DNA of 33,882 nucleotides from an uncultured Bryobacterales bacterium (GTDB lineage Bacteria; Acidobacteriota; Terriglobia; Bryobacterales; UBA6623), in the NCBI GenBank assembly GCA_964649285.1, contig CAZYOX010000004.1, positions 1 through 33,882 of the forward strand, read 5' to 3'. How positions within the stretch are numbered: position 1 is the stretch's first letter; every line of letters begins with the position of its first letter. Of the stretch, positions 17,828 through 26,478 are shown one piece after another. The notes beneath the pieces were generated by a model, which worked only from the letters and a program-made list of their open reading frames with translations, did not search any database and was not told where the DNA came from. The position numbers were made by a program, and so were the translations under genes.

Positions 17828-18370
17828 TCAAGAAGCCCGAGAATTTCGCGCTGCGGCAGCGCGGCCGGCCCCTTGCCGTTCCGGCTGGACGGGCTTCTTG
17901 AGGTCGACTCCCGCCGTGAGCCTCTCGATCTGATCGGAGATGCACACGCCGATGATCGGCTGCTCCGCATTCTTGAGAATGTCGACGATAGAACTGTGAT
18001 CTGTTTCGAGGAACAAGGTCTTACCGTCAGTCAGCAAGTGGACTTCGCCGCCGTCCTGCACCGCAGCCATGAACTGAGGCCCCAACTCCTTCTTTAGGAA
18101 TCGTAGAACCCTGCGGATCTTCTGCAGCGAAATACCTTTGCGCCGCAGTTCGGTGATTAACGAGACTTCGACCACCTCATGCAACTGGTACATGCGGCGA
18201 TGCCCACGCTGGACGGGAGACACGACGCCTTGTTCGTCCCACCATTGGAGTTGGCGCAGGCTAACGCCCGTCATGTTCGAAACGTCCAAGCTGCTGTAGG
18301 TCTCAGCGGCGTATCCGTTGACAGCTCGGCGATGGTTCTTCTCGTTCAAAGCGATGGCTCCCACGGGCAA
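17828..18370 (-). CDS. MerR-family HTH transcriptional regulator (Rv1830-like subtype)
   Basis: 'YSSLDVSNMTGVSLRQLQWWDEQGVVSP', 'RRMY', 'LRRKGISLQKIR', 'LLTDG'. TACAAT -10-like hexamer at 18390-18395 on the minus strand. Start uncertain. Confidence 0.85.
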   Translation of the reverse strand: MPVGAIALNEKNHRRAVNGYAAETYSSLDVSNMTGVSLRQLQWWDEQGVVSPVQRGHRRMYQLHEVVEVSLITELRRKGISLQKIRRVLRFLKKELGPQFMAAVQDGGEVHLLTDGKTLFLETDHSSIVDILKNAEQPIIGVCISDQIERLTAGVDLKKPVQPERQGAGRAAAARNSRAS

Positions 18371-18450
18371 TGCCCAATAGGACCTAGCGATTGTACAGCA
18401 GGAGATTCACGTCTGAATACCCTCCGCTAGGCCCTTGCAAAACGACGGTC

Positions 18451-18678
18451 TTAGCCGCCTCCGACAAACTGCACGATCTCTAACTGATCCCCTGGGAGCA
18501 ATTCGGTCGCTTCCCACGCGGTCCTCGCAGCAATGCGCCGGTTGTGTTCGACGGCCACGCGGTCAAGCGGCAGATCGAGTCGCGCCAGCAAATTGGTCAG
18601 AGTAGTACCGGGTTCTACGCTCCGCGGCTCGCCGTTCACGACGATGCTGAAATCGCGAAGTTCCTTCGACCCGGACAC
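18451..18678 (-). CDS. thiS: Sulfur carrier protein ThiS
   Basis: 'IVVNGE', 'VAVEHN', 'W....L..GDQLEIVQFVGGG' ending in GG. GTG start at 18678. Confidence 0.88.
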   Translation of the reverse strand: MSGSKELRDFSIVVNGEPRSVEPGTTLTNLLARLDLPLDRVAVEHNRRIAARTAWEATELLPGDQLEIVQFVGGG

Positions 18679-18684
18679 GTGGAC

Positions 18685-18690
18685 ATTATA
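18685..18690 (-). promoter_or_regulatory. -10 hexamer TATAAT of thiS (leaderless spacing)
   Basis: Perfect TATAAT on the minus strand exactly 6 nt before the in-frame GTG. Confidence 0.6.
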
Positions 18691-18783
18691 GGCGTAACGT
18701 CCGGTTCGGGTCGCGCCCTTTTTTTGACGACGGAGCGCGAACACTCGGCAGCCTTCGCCTCGAACCGCCGTTGGGCTCGGTTA

Positions 18784-18792
18784 TGGCATAAT
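18784..18792 (+). promoter_or_regulatory. Extended -10 element for the BNR-repeat gene
   Basis: TGgCATAAT, 25 nt upstream of ATG 18818 and divergent from thiS. Confidence 0.45.
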
Positions 18793-18817
18793 GCCGGAGC
18801 GTCCCTACGTCGTCGTT

Positions 18818-19936
18818 ATGAAGCCCTCTCTGCTTGCCCCTTTCATTGTTCTGGCGCTTGTCCCCGCCTACGCTCAAGATCGGAGTCCCTCCGACGTTAA
18901 GCATCTCGTCGTTTACCAGGAAAGCGGACGCTTCGCCGGTTGGCCTGCCAATCACGGCATCTGGTCCTGGGGCGACGAAATTTTGGTCGGCTTCGAGCGC
19001 GGCTATTTTCGCGACAACAACGAGAGCATGCACGACATTGACTACACTCGCCCCGCCGAGCATGTGCTCGCTCGCAGCCTCGACGGCGGCGAGACTTGGA
19101 CCATCGAGCAACCGCTTAGCTTGCAGCCGCCGCCAAATACGAAAGTTGCCAACGTCCTCACAGGGCCGGACGGCCCGGCTCTGCGCAAGTGCACCGGGGG
19201 CTACGACTTCAACAATCCCGACTTCGTAATTACCTTCCGCATGGAGAGCCATCAGAACGGCCCGTCGCACTACTACGTCTCGGGAAATCGCGGCAAAACC
19301 TGGGACGGCCCGTGCAGCCTGCCCGACTTCGGTCAGCCCGGCATCATGGCTCGCACCGACTACATCATTAACGGCCGGCAAGACATGACCGTCTTCCTCA
19401 CGGCAGCCAAGCGCAACCGTCAAGAGGGCCGTGTTATCGCCGTTCGCACGCGCGACGGCGGCCGTAGCTGGAACTTCCAGGCCTACATCGGTCCCGAGCC
19501 CCTCGACTACGCAATTATGCCCTCAAGCGTGCGAATCGGCGCCTCGTCCATCGTGACCGCCGTGCGCCGCCGCAATTGGATCGACGTGTACCGCTCCAAC
19601 GATGACGGCGAGTCGTGGACTCTGCTCAACCAGGCGGCAACGGACATCGGCGGCAACCCGCCCAGCATGGTGCGCATGCCCGACGGCCGCCTGCTGATGA
19701 CCTACGGCTACCGCAAAGAGCCCTACGGCATCCGCGCTCGCTACAGCACCGACGAAGGTCTCACCTGGAGCGAACCGATCATCCTGCGTCAAGACGGCGG
19801 CGGCCGTGACCTCGGCTACACGCGCACCATCCTGCGTCCCGACGGCAAGCTTGTCACTGTGTACTACTACAACACCGACGCCGCCCGCGAACGCTTCATC
19901 GGCGCAACCATCTGGGATCTCAACTCGGTCCGGTAA
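18818..19936 (+). CDS. Secreted BNR/Asp-box beta-propeller protein (sialidase-like fold)
   Basis: Signal peptide from ATG 18818. Five Asp-boxes: SLDGGETW, SGNRGKTW, TRDGGRSW, SNDDGESW, STDEGLTW. Also 'DLGY'. Confidence 0.85.
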   Translation: MKPSLLAPFIVLALVPAYAQDRSPSDVKHLVVYQESGRFAGWPANHGIWSWGDEILVGFERGYFRDNNESMHDIDYTRPAEHVLARSLDGGETWTIEQPLSLQPPPNTKVANVLTGPDGPALRKCTGGYDFNNPDFVITFRMESHQNGPSHYYVSGNRGKTWDGPCSLPDFGQPGIMARTDYIINGRQDMTVFLTAAKRNRQEGRVIAVRTRDGGRSWNFQAYIGPEPLDYAIMPSSVRIGASSIVTAVRRRNWIDVYRSNDDGESWTLLNQAATDIGGNPPSMVRMPDGRLLMTYGYRKEPYGIRARYSTDEGLTWSEPIILRQDGGGRDLGYTRTILRPDGKLVTVYYYNTDAARERFIGATIWDLNSVR

Positions 19937-20084
19937 GCTGGTTAACGGCTTTCTGAGGTCCGTCTAGCGTCCGGTGGATGTGCAATAGGTAGCGGACATC
20001 GCTAACTCGAAAGAAGAAACCTGCGTGCTGCGAACAGGCCTCTCTGCGTAGAGGATTGCAAGGGGCCCATATGCCCTCTTTCGA

Positions 20085-21341
20085 TTAAGCTGACCGCAAG
20101 GCCTTCCATTTCTTGCCCAGATACCGGTTCCAGTACATCAGGAAGCCGGTAATCGTGAGCAGCGGCAGCGCGAGACCGAATATACACCAGATCCACTTAA
20201 CGACAGGTCCCCACGAGGTACCGAAGTGTAAGGGAATCACCAGCCAAACCAGCCAGTCTCCCAGCGTCTGGTTACGGCCGCGGCGCCAGGTGTAGAGATG
20301 CTTGCCGGAATTCTGATCGAAGTAGAGGAAGTCCGTATTGGCGTAGTCCCCCATCCGCCCGTGGGCCATGTAAACAGTGAAGATTGCCCGTTCGCCGCGG
20401 CCGTAGAAGTAGCCTTCCAGGGCTGCGTCGGGAGAAATCCGTTGAGCCTCGCGCAGGACCGAAACCACGTTTAGACCACCGGGAGGCTCCATGGGACGGT
20501 CCTGCAGCTTACGCATCTCTCCTCCGGGATAGAGCGCGGTCGTGACCGTAGAGATCGCCTCTGCTGGCCCAGTGACGATCCGTGGCCATGTGAAATACAT
20601 GCCGGTCACCGCCCAGATCAATGTGAAGACGATAGTCCAGAAGCCGGTGGCGCTGTGTAGGTCCCAGTTGACACGCTTCCAACTCCTTCGGATGTCCACC
20701 TTCAGCGCGCGCGTCCATTGGCGAAGCCCCGGCCACCACAGCACGATGCCGGTGACCGCCAACGCCAGCAGAACGCTCGCGCCGACACCGTTCCAGAATC
20801 GGCCGCTACGGCCCAGAAGTAAGTCGAAGTGAAGATCCTGCATCCAATGAACCCAGGAACCTTCTCGGTCGGCAGCTCCGAGAATTTCGCCCGTAACGGG
20901 ATGCGCGTAGACGGCTAGCTCTTCCTCGTGCTCGGGCGGCCCGCGGCGCGGGGACTCGACCGCACCCTCGGGCGTGGGCTTCGGGCGGTCGCGAACGGTA
21001 ATGACGTAGAGCGGATTGAATTCGCTGGGGCAGGCCGTCAGGAACACGACTTGTTCCGGGTAAGCCGCATTGACTCGCTCTTCGACGGCGTAGAGTCCCT
21101 CCGGCGAGCAAGCCCGCGTGTCGACGGCCGGTACATCTACCCGGGGCCTGGGCATCAGCTCCTCCTTGAACACGAGGATCGACCCGCTGACGCCGACCGC
21201 GATGATGTAGAGCCCGACGATGACGCCGGCCCACAAGTGAACCTGAAAGAAGGCCCGCCGCAGCCAGATCTGCTGCGGCCGAGCGACCCAGCGGCGCCAG
21301 AGGGTATCCGGCGGCCGCTGGGCTGTATTCCGCATGTTCAT
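20085..21341 (-). CDS. PepSY-associated TM helix domain protein (putative diheme b ferric reductase)
   Basis: 'QVHLWAG', 'SGSILVF', 'DLHFDLL', 'TGIVLWWP', 'DLHSATG', 'PLHFG', 'TGFLMYW'. Confidence 0.88.
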   Translation of the reverse strand: MNMRNTAQRPPDTLWRRWVARPQQIWLRRAFFQVHLWAGVIVGLYIIAVGVSGSILVFKEELMPRPRVDVPAVDTRACSPEGLYAVEERVNAAYPEQVVFLTACPSEFNPLYVITVRDRPKPTPEGAVESPRRGPPEHEEELAVYAHPVTGEILGAADREGSWVHWMQDLHFDLLLGRSGRFWNGVGASVLLALAVTGIVLWWPGLRQWTRALKVDIRRSWKRVNWDLHSATGFWTIVFTLIWAVTGMYFTWPRIVTGPAEAISTVTTALYPGGEMRKLQDRPMEPPGGLNVVSVLREAQRISPDAALEGYFYGRGERAIFTVYMAHGRMGDYANTDFLYFDQNSGKHLYTWRRGRNQTLGDWLVWLVIPLHFGTSWGPVVKWIWCIFGLALPLLTITGFLMYWNRYLGKKWKALRSA

Positions 21342-21350
21342 GGCTGAGTC

Positions 21351-24300
21351 TTAGAACTGAAGCCGCAGAGCCAATTGCACCGAGCGGGATCCTCCCATCT
21401 GGTACAGCGCGTTGAGCCCGCCTAGCTGGCCGGCGAGCGTTCCGTTGGCCCAACCGAACGGATTCGAGGCCGTGCTTCGCGAGAGATCCGTGTTGATCGA
21501 GCCGAAGTTCGACTGATTGAACACATTGAACGCCTCGGCGCGGAACGTCAGCCGAAAGCGCTCGGTGAGGACGAAGTTCCGCCGCAGCGCAAGGTTGGTC
21601 TGATAGGCCGCGAAGCCGCGCACGATGTTGCGACCGGCGCTGCCGTCCTCGCCATTGGCCGGGATCTCGAAGGCATTGATGTTGAGCGCCCGACCGCCCG
21701 GCGCGCCTTGTACCTCCATGTACAGAGGTTCGCCGGCGACTAGGTTTGGCCGCGTCGAGTACTCTATGCCCGCGGGCGACACGACTGTTCCCGCCGTCAC
21801 GTCCACCGGCAGAGCCGAGCGCGCCATGATCCTTGCGTCAACGCCCCAGCCGCCTAACAGGGTTTGTGCGGCGGAGTTGCCGTAGACGGTCGGCAGGTCG
21901 TAGGAGATCGCCGCCTGCAGGTTGTGGCGGATGTCGTAGTCCGAGCTCGCCCGCAGTAGAGTGTTGGTCGTGAAGTTCGTCGTCGAATCGTCGATGGCAT
22001 GCGCCCAGGTGTAGGAGACCAGCGACTGAAAACCCCGCGCGAAGTGACGACGGAACTGAGCCTGCAACGAGTTGTAGCTGGAGTTTCCTCCGTTCCTCGT
22101 GGCGAACAGGAACGACGTGCCGGCGGGGAAGTTCGGGTTGCCGAAATTCTCCGGGAACATCTCGCGGGCGAGCAGCAGGTTGCGTCCGCCCGAGCCCACG
22201 TAGCCGACGTTCAGCACGTTGCTTTCGCCGAGCTGTTGTTCGATAGTCGCGTTCCACTGCAGTGCATAAGGCAGTTCAAGATTGGGATCGAACGCGAAGA
22301 TGTTGTTGTACGACGTTGGGTCGAGCCGCGGCACGGGCGCTGGGATCGCGTTGAGCTCGGCCTCGGTCATAGGAAACGGCTCGCCGTTGAGATTGACTGT
22401 GCCGGTGATGCCCAGGCCGTACCAATAGCCTTCCGAAGCTTGCACGGTGCTGGTGTCATGGAACAAGCCGCCGCCCACACGCAACACCGTCGCGTATTTG
22501 GGGCCGGAAGTCAGCCTGTAGGCGAGCCCGACGCGCGGTCCGAAGTTTCTGTAGCTGGTGCTCCACAGGTCGCTGCCCGGGGGGGCGATATTGGTGGTCG
22601 CCAAGTTGTCGAGTTGGTCCACAGTCACCGGCTGGATGCCGTTCGCATCGCGCGGCGCCGGGCTCCACTCCCATCGCAGGCCCAGCGACAGCCGGAGGCG
22701 GTCGGTCACGGCCCACTCGTCCTGCACGTAGAGCGAGAGATTCTTGTAGACAGGCGCCATATCGCCCGCCGAGCGGTATCCCGTATAGAGACGGGGAGAG
22801 TTGGTCAGAAACTCCTCAGCGGTGTAGTAGAACGGCGTCTGGTAGTAGCGCGGAAGGGTCGACGCCGTCCGCAGGTGGCGAAAGTCGAATCCCGTCTTCA
22901 GAGTGTGGCGACCCTGAACGTACGTGAAGTTGTCGACGACATTGACTTGACGTTGACGGTTGTTCTGCGGGTTGAGCCAGAAGCCGAAGCGGGCGCCGAC
23001 GCGGTAGCTCAGCAGGGCCCAGTCGGCTTCGGTCTGCCCCGGAAGATCGCTGATTCGCAAAGGCGACGCTCCGCCGAAGTCGTCGATGTACACGTCGGTT
23101 AGCTGATCGGACCATGTCATGTTGAAGCGCAGGTCGTTGGTGGCCCGGTGGCTCAGGATGTTGGTTCCGCCAAACGTCATGGTCTTGGTGTTGATCTGTG
23201 CATTCGTGACCTGCGCCAAGTTGCTGGAATAGCGGCTGTCGGTGTTCGAAGGTACGAACGAGACACGGCCGAACACGCGAAAGGCGTCGTTGAAGACGTG
23301 ATCTGCGCGCACGCTGGTCGAGTTGATCGAGCTCGGTTGGGAATAGGCGGCGACGAACGGCGCCGTGTGTCCCTCCTCCTCTGGATAGCCGGAGGAGGGA
23401 AGCGGGAAGGAATCCATCAAGGGTTGCAAGGCATCGGGCGCGATCTCTCGCATCTCCAGCGTGGGAACTCCGGTGGTGCGAGCCTCCTGCGGGCTGCGCA
23501 GCCGCAAACCCTCATAGGAGACGAAGAAGAACGTTTTGTTGCGGATGATCGGGCCGCCGAGCGTTCCGCCGAAGTCGTTCTGGCGCATTTTGGTACGGTC
23601 GATGCCCGAGCGGTTGTTGAAGAAGCTATTCGCGTCCAGTACGTCATTGCGGAAGTAGTGGAAAAGTGAGCCGTGGAACTCGTTCGTGCCGGAGCGACTG
23701 GTGAATGAGAACTGCCCGCCCGGCACCCGGCCGTACTCGGCCGAGTACGTCGATGTGCTACCCCGAAACTCCTGTAGGGCGTCGACCGAGATGAGGCCGT
23801 GGGTCGTGCCGAGCGCCGTCGCATTCGACACCGAGCCCGAGTAACCGGCTCCGCGTCCAGGTGAGTCCGAGTTTACGCCAGTGTTTGCGCTCACGCCGTC
23901 AACCGTGAAGTAGTTCGACTCGGCCCGCATGCCGTTCACAGAGAACCCGCCGCTTCTGCCCGAGTTCGACGGAACGGCGTTTACGCCGGGAATCAGCGTC
24001 AATAGCGACTGGAAGCTGCGGCCGTTCAGCGGCGTGTTCCGAACGAACTGCTGATCCACGACGGTGCTCACGGCGGCGTCGATCGTGTTGAGCTGCACAG
24101 CAGACGCCTGGACCGTCACGGTTTCGGTCGCGGCGCCGAGTTGGAGCGGCAAATCAACTGCAATTCGACCGCCGACCTCAAGGACGACGTTCTCCACGAC
24201 GCGACGCTCAAAACCCGGTGCTGAGACTGTTATCTGATAATCGCCCGGAGGGAGCGCAGGCGCCACGTAGAGGCCTTCTTCGTTTGCCGCAACCTCCCAC

Positions 24301-24488
24301 TGCGCCTGGGTTTGGCTGTGGGTCAACTCCACCTCGGCGCCTGGAATCGCCGCGCCCGAGGGATCGACGACTCGTCCGTAGATCTGCGTCTGCTGACCCC
24401 AGGCGGAACCAGCTGCAAGCGAAATTGCAATGAAAAGTATAATTACATACGCCGTGTAAGGCCGGCGTCCTCTGTGGTGCAGAGACAT
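21351..24488 (-). CDS. TonB-dependent receptor, Oar-like
   Basis: GGGGGA RBS before ATG 24488, signal peptide, 'GRVVDPSGAAIPGA', 'PLNGRSF', 'SRSGTNEFHGS', 'YVQDEW', C-terminal 'RSVQLALRLQF'. Confidence 0.93.
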   Translation of the reverse strand: MSLHHRGRRPYTAYVIILFIAISLAAGSAWGQQTQIYGRVVDPSGAAIPGAEVELTHSQTQAQWEVAANEEGLYVAPALPPGDYQITVSAPGFERRVVENVVLEVGGRIAVDLPLQLGAATETVTVQASAVQLNTIDAAVSTVVDQQFVRNTPLNGRSFQSLLTLIPGVNAVPSNSGRSGGFSVNGMRAESNYFTVDGVSANTGVNSDSPGRGAGYSGSVSNATALGTTHGLISVDALQEFRGSTSTYSAEYGRVPGGQFSFTSRSGTNEFHGSLFHYFRNDVLDANSFFNNRSGIDRTKMRQNDFGGTLGGPIIRNKTFFFVSYEGLRLRSPQEARTTGVPTLEMREIAPDALQPLMDSFPLPSSGYPEEEGHTAPFVAAYSQPSSINSTSVRADHVFNDAFRVFGRVSFVPSNTDSRYSSNLAQVTNAQINTKTMTFGGTNILSHRATNDLRFNMTWSDQLTDVYIDDFGGASPLRISDLPGQTEADWALLSYRVGARFGFWLNPQNNRQRQVNVVDNFTYVQGRHTLKTGFDFRHLRTASTLPRYYQTPFYYTAEEFLTNSPRLYTGYRSAGDMAPVYKNLSLYVQDEWAVTDRLRLSLGLRWEWSPAPRDANGIQPVTVDQLDNLATTNIAPPGSDLWSTSYRNFGPRVGLAYRLTSGPKYATVLRVGGGLFHDTSTVQASEGYWYGLGITGTVNLNGEPFPMTEAELNAIPAPVPRLDPTSYNNIFAFDPNLELPYALQWNATIEQQLGESNVLNVGYVGSGGRNLLLAREMFPENFGNPNFPAGTSFLFATRNGGNSSYNSLQAQFRRHFARGFQSLVSYTWAHAIDDSTTNFTTNTLLRASSDYDIRHNLQAAISYDLPTVYGNSAAQTLLGGWGVDARIMARSALPVDVTAGTVVSPAGIEYSTRPNLVAGEPLYMEVQGAPGGRALNINAFEIPANGEDGSAGRNIVRGFAAYQTNLALRRNFVLTERFRLTFRAEAFNVFNQSNFGSINTDLSRSTASNPFGWANGTLAGQLGGLNALYQMGGSRSVQLALRLQF

Positions 24489-24835
24489 GTATCCCCCTAA
24501 ATGCTGGAAAAGAGCAAGAAATCCCGCAAGTGCTCGCTGGCGGCCCAGTTGAGCAGGGCCGAGTCGGTTCAGCAACTCACTTGCTGTTGATCGAAAAAAC
24601 AACGATCAGTTCTTGTACCTAGCGTAATTCGATCCAGAGAGAAAGTGCAACCGAACTGCAAAAACATAGGCGCGATGTGAAAGAACGTCGTGAGCGGAGA
24701 CCGACTATGCCATTAGCCGGGATTCTGTGGAGAGGGCGATCGGACCGAAGACTTGCCAAGGGATTCCTTTGCAGCGCTTTAGCGCGCTCAGCCTTGGCTC
24801 TGGTTCCCGGTCGCGTTACAATGCCGTGGCGCGCC

Positions 24836-25243
24836 ATGCCCGAAATCTCCGTACAACTCAAGCAAGCGGGACCCAGGACTTCGGAGACCACCATCCGTGA
24901 ACATCGCGTTCTGATCGATCGTCCTGAGTCAAAGGGCGGCGACAACCTTGGCCCGATGGGCGGCGAGTTATTTCTGGCTGCGGTCGGCGGCTGCTTCCTG
25001 AGCAACATGTATGCGGCCGTCAGCGCCCGCGAGGCCGCCGTCTCCAACGTCCAGGCAGAAGTGGTCGGCCGCCTCGAAGGCGACCCTCCGCGCTACGAAG
25101 AGATCACCATCGCCGTCAGCGGAGACTATGACGACCTCGAGCTGTTTCAGAAGCTCGTCACCATTTCTGAGCGGGGTTGTATCATGGTCAACACCCTGCG
25201 GCCGCTGCTCAAGCTCCATGTAGTCGTCGCCCGGCCGCATTAA
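24836..25243 (+). CDS. OsmC/Ohr family protein
   Basis: 'IDRPESKGGDNLGP...ELFLAAVGGC' and second Cys in 'ERGCIMVNTL'. TACAAT at 24817-24822 upstream. Confidence 0.85.
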   Translation: MPEISVQLKQAGPRTSETTIREHRVLIDRPESKGGDNLGPMGGELFLAAVGGCFLSNMYAAVSAREAAVSNVQAEVVGRLEGDPPRYEEITIAVSGDYDDLELFQKLVTISERGCIMVNTLRPLLKLHVVVARPH

Positions 25244-25251
25244 GGAGTACC

Positions 25252-26472
25252 ATGTTGACCAATTTCGTCCGAGTAACCCTGCTGTTTGCTGTTGCCGTTT
25301 CGGCGGCCGCCCAACAAACCTACTTTCCGCCGCGCGGAGATTGGGAGCGTCGCACGCCTGAGCAAATGAACATCGACCCCGTCGCTCTCAAGGCGGCCGT
25401 CGACTTCTCTATCGCCAGCGAGAGCAAGGACTTGCGCGACCTTGAAGAAAATCACCGTCTCAGTTGGGGCAAGGAGCCGTTCGACGAGCCGCTGGGCCCT
25501 TTCCGCACGCGCGGCCCCCAGACCGGGCTAATTATCAAAGACGGCTACATCGTCGCCGAGTGGGGCGAGGTTGAGCGCGTCGACATGACCTTCAGCGTCG
25601 CCAAGAGCTTCTTGTCGACGACCATCGGCTTAGCTTTTGACGACGGGTTGATACGCGACATCAACGACAAGGTTCGCGACTATATGCCGCCCGTTGTACT
25701 GCCCGTCGGCGACGGTGAACCCGGAGACGAAGAGACGGGCATCGGCAACCCCAACGTGAAACTGTTGTTTGAGTCCGAACACAATCGCAAGATCACCTGG
25801 GACCACCTGCTGCGCCAAACCAGCGACTGGGAAGGCACACTCTGGGGTAAGCCCGACTGGGCGGACCGTCCCCCTGACAACGATCCCCACAAGAATCGCA
25901 TACGCAAGCGGAACGAACCCGGCACAGTCTACAAGTACAACGACGTACGCGTAAACTTACTGTCGCTCGTCGCGCTGCAGGTTATTCGCCGTCCGCTGCC
26001 GCAGGTCCTGCGCGAGCGCATCATGGACCCGATTGGCGCGTCCAATACTTGGCGCTGGAATGGCTACAAGAACTCTTGGGTCGAGATCGACGGCCAGATG
26101 ATGAACTCCGTCCCTGGCGGCGGACACTGGGGCGGCGGCATGCAGATTAGCGCGCTGGACCAAGCCCGCTTCGGCTATCTCACCCTCAATAAGGGCAAGT
26201 GGAACGGTCGCCAGCTGATCTCCGAAGAGTGGCTGGATATGGCCACAACCCCCACCAAGCCCGAGCCCGGCTACGGCTTCATGAACTTCTACCCCAACAC
26301 CGGACGCAAAGCGATGCCCGCCGCGCCCGAATCCGCCTTCCGGCACATGGGCGCCGGCTCCAACATGATCTACGTCGATCGTGAAAACGGCCTGGTCGTT
26401 GTCTCACGCTGGATACAAGGTTCGGCCATACCCGAGTTCATCGAAAAAGTCCTGGCAGCGATGCCTAAGTAG
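25252..26472 (+). CDS. Secreted serine hydrolase, beta-lactamase class C/NylB-like family
   Basis: TAAGGAG RBS, signal peptide, SxxK (FSVAKS), 'PG...YKYND', 'DQARFG.L', 'H.GAG'. Confidence 0.88.
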   Translation: MLTNFVRVTLLFAVAVSAAAQQTYFPPRGDWERRTPEQMNIDPVALKAAVDFSIASESKDLRDLEENHRLSWGKEPFDEPLGPFRTRGPQTGLIIKDGYIVAEWGEVERVDMTFSVAKSFLSTTIGLAFDDGLIRDINDKVRDYMPPVVLPVGDGEPGDEETGIGNPNVKLLFESEHNRKITWDHLLRQTSDWEGTLWGKPDWADRPPDNDPHKNRIRKRNEPGTVYKYNDVRVNLLSLVALQVIRRPLPQVLRERIMDPIGASNTWRWNGYKNSWVEIDGQMMNSVPGGGHWGGGMQISALDQARFGYLTLNKGKWNGRQLISEEWLDMATTPTKPEPGYGFMNFYPNTGRKAMPAAPESAFRHMGAGSNMIYVDRENGLVVVSRWIQGSAIPEFIEKVLAAMPK

Positions 26473-26478
26473 GCGGCC

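Noticed and set aside
21999-23102. 367-aa plus-strand ORF
   Set aside because: Antisense shadow of the second TonB receptor.
24490-24700. Cobalamin/NiCo riboswitch or Fur box upstream of the receptor
   Set aside because: No B12 box, NiCo core or GATAATGAT-type repeat recognisable on the coding strand.
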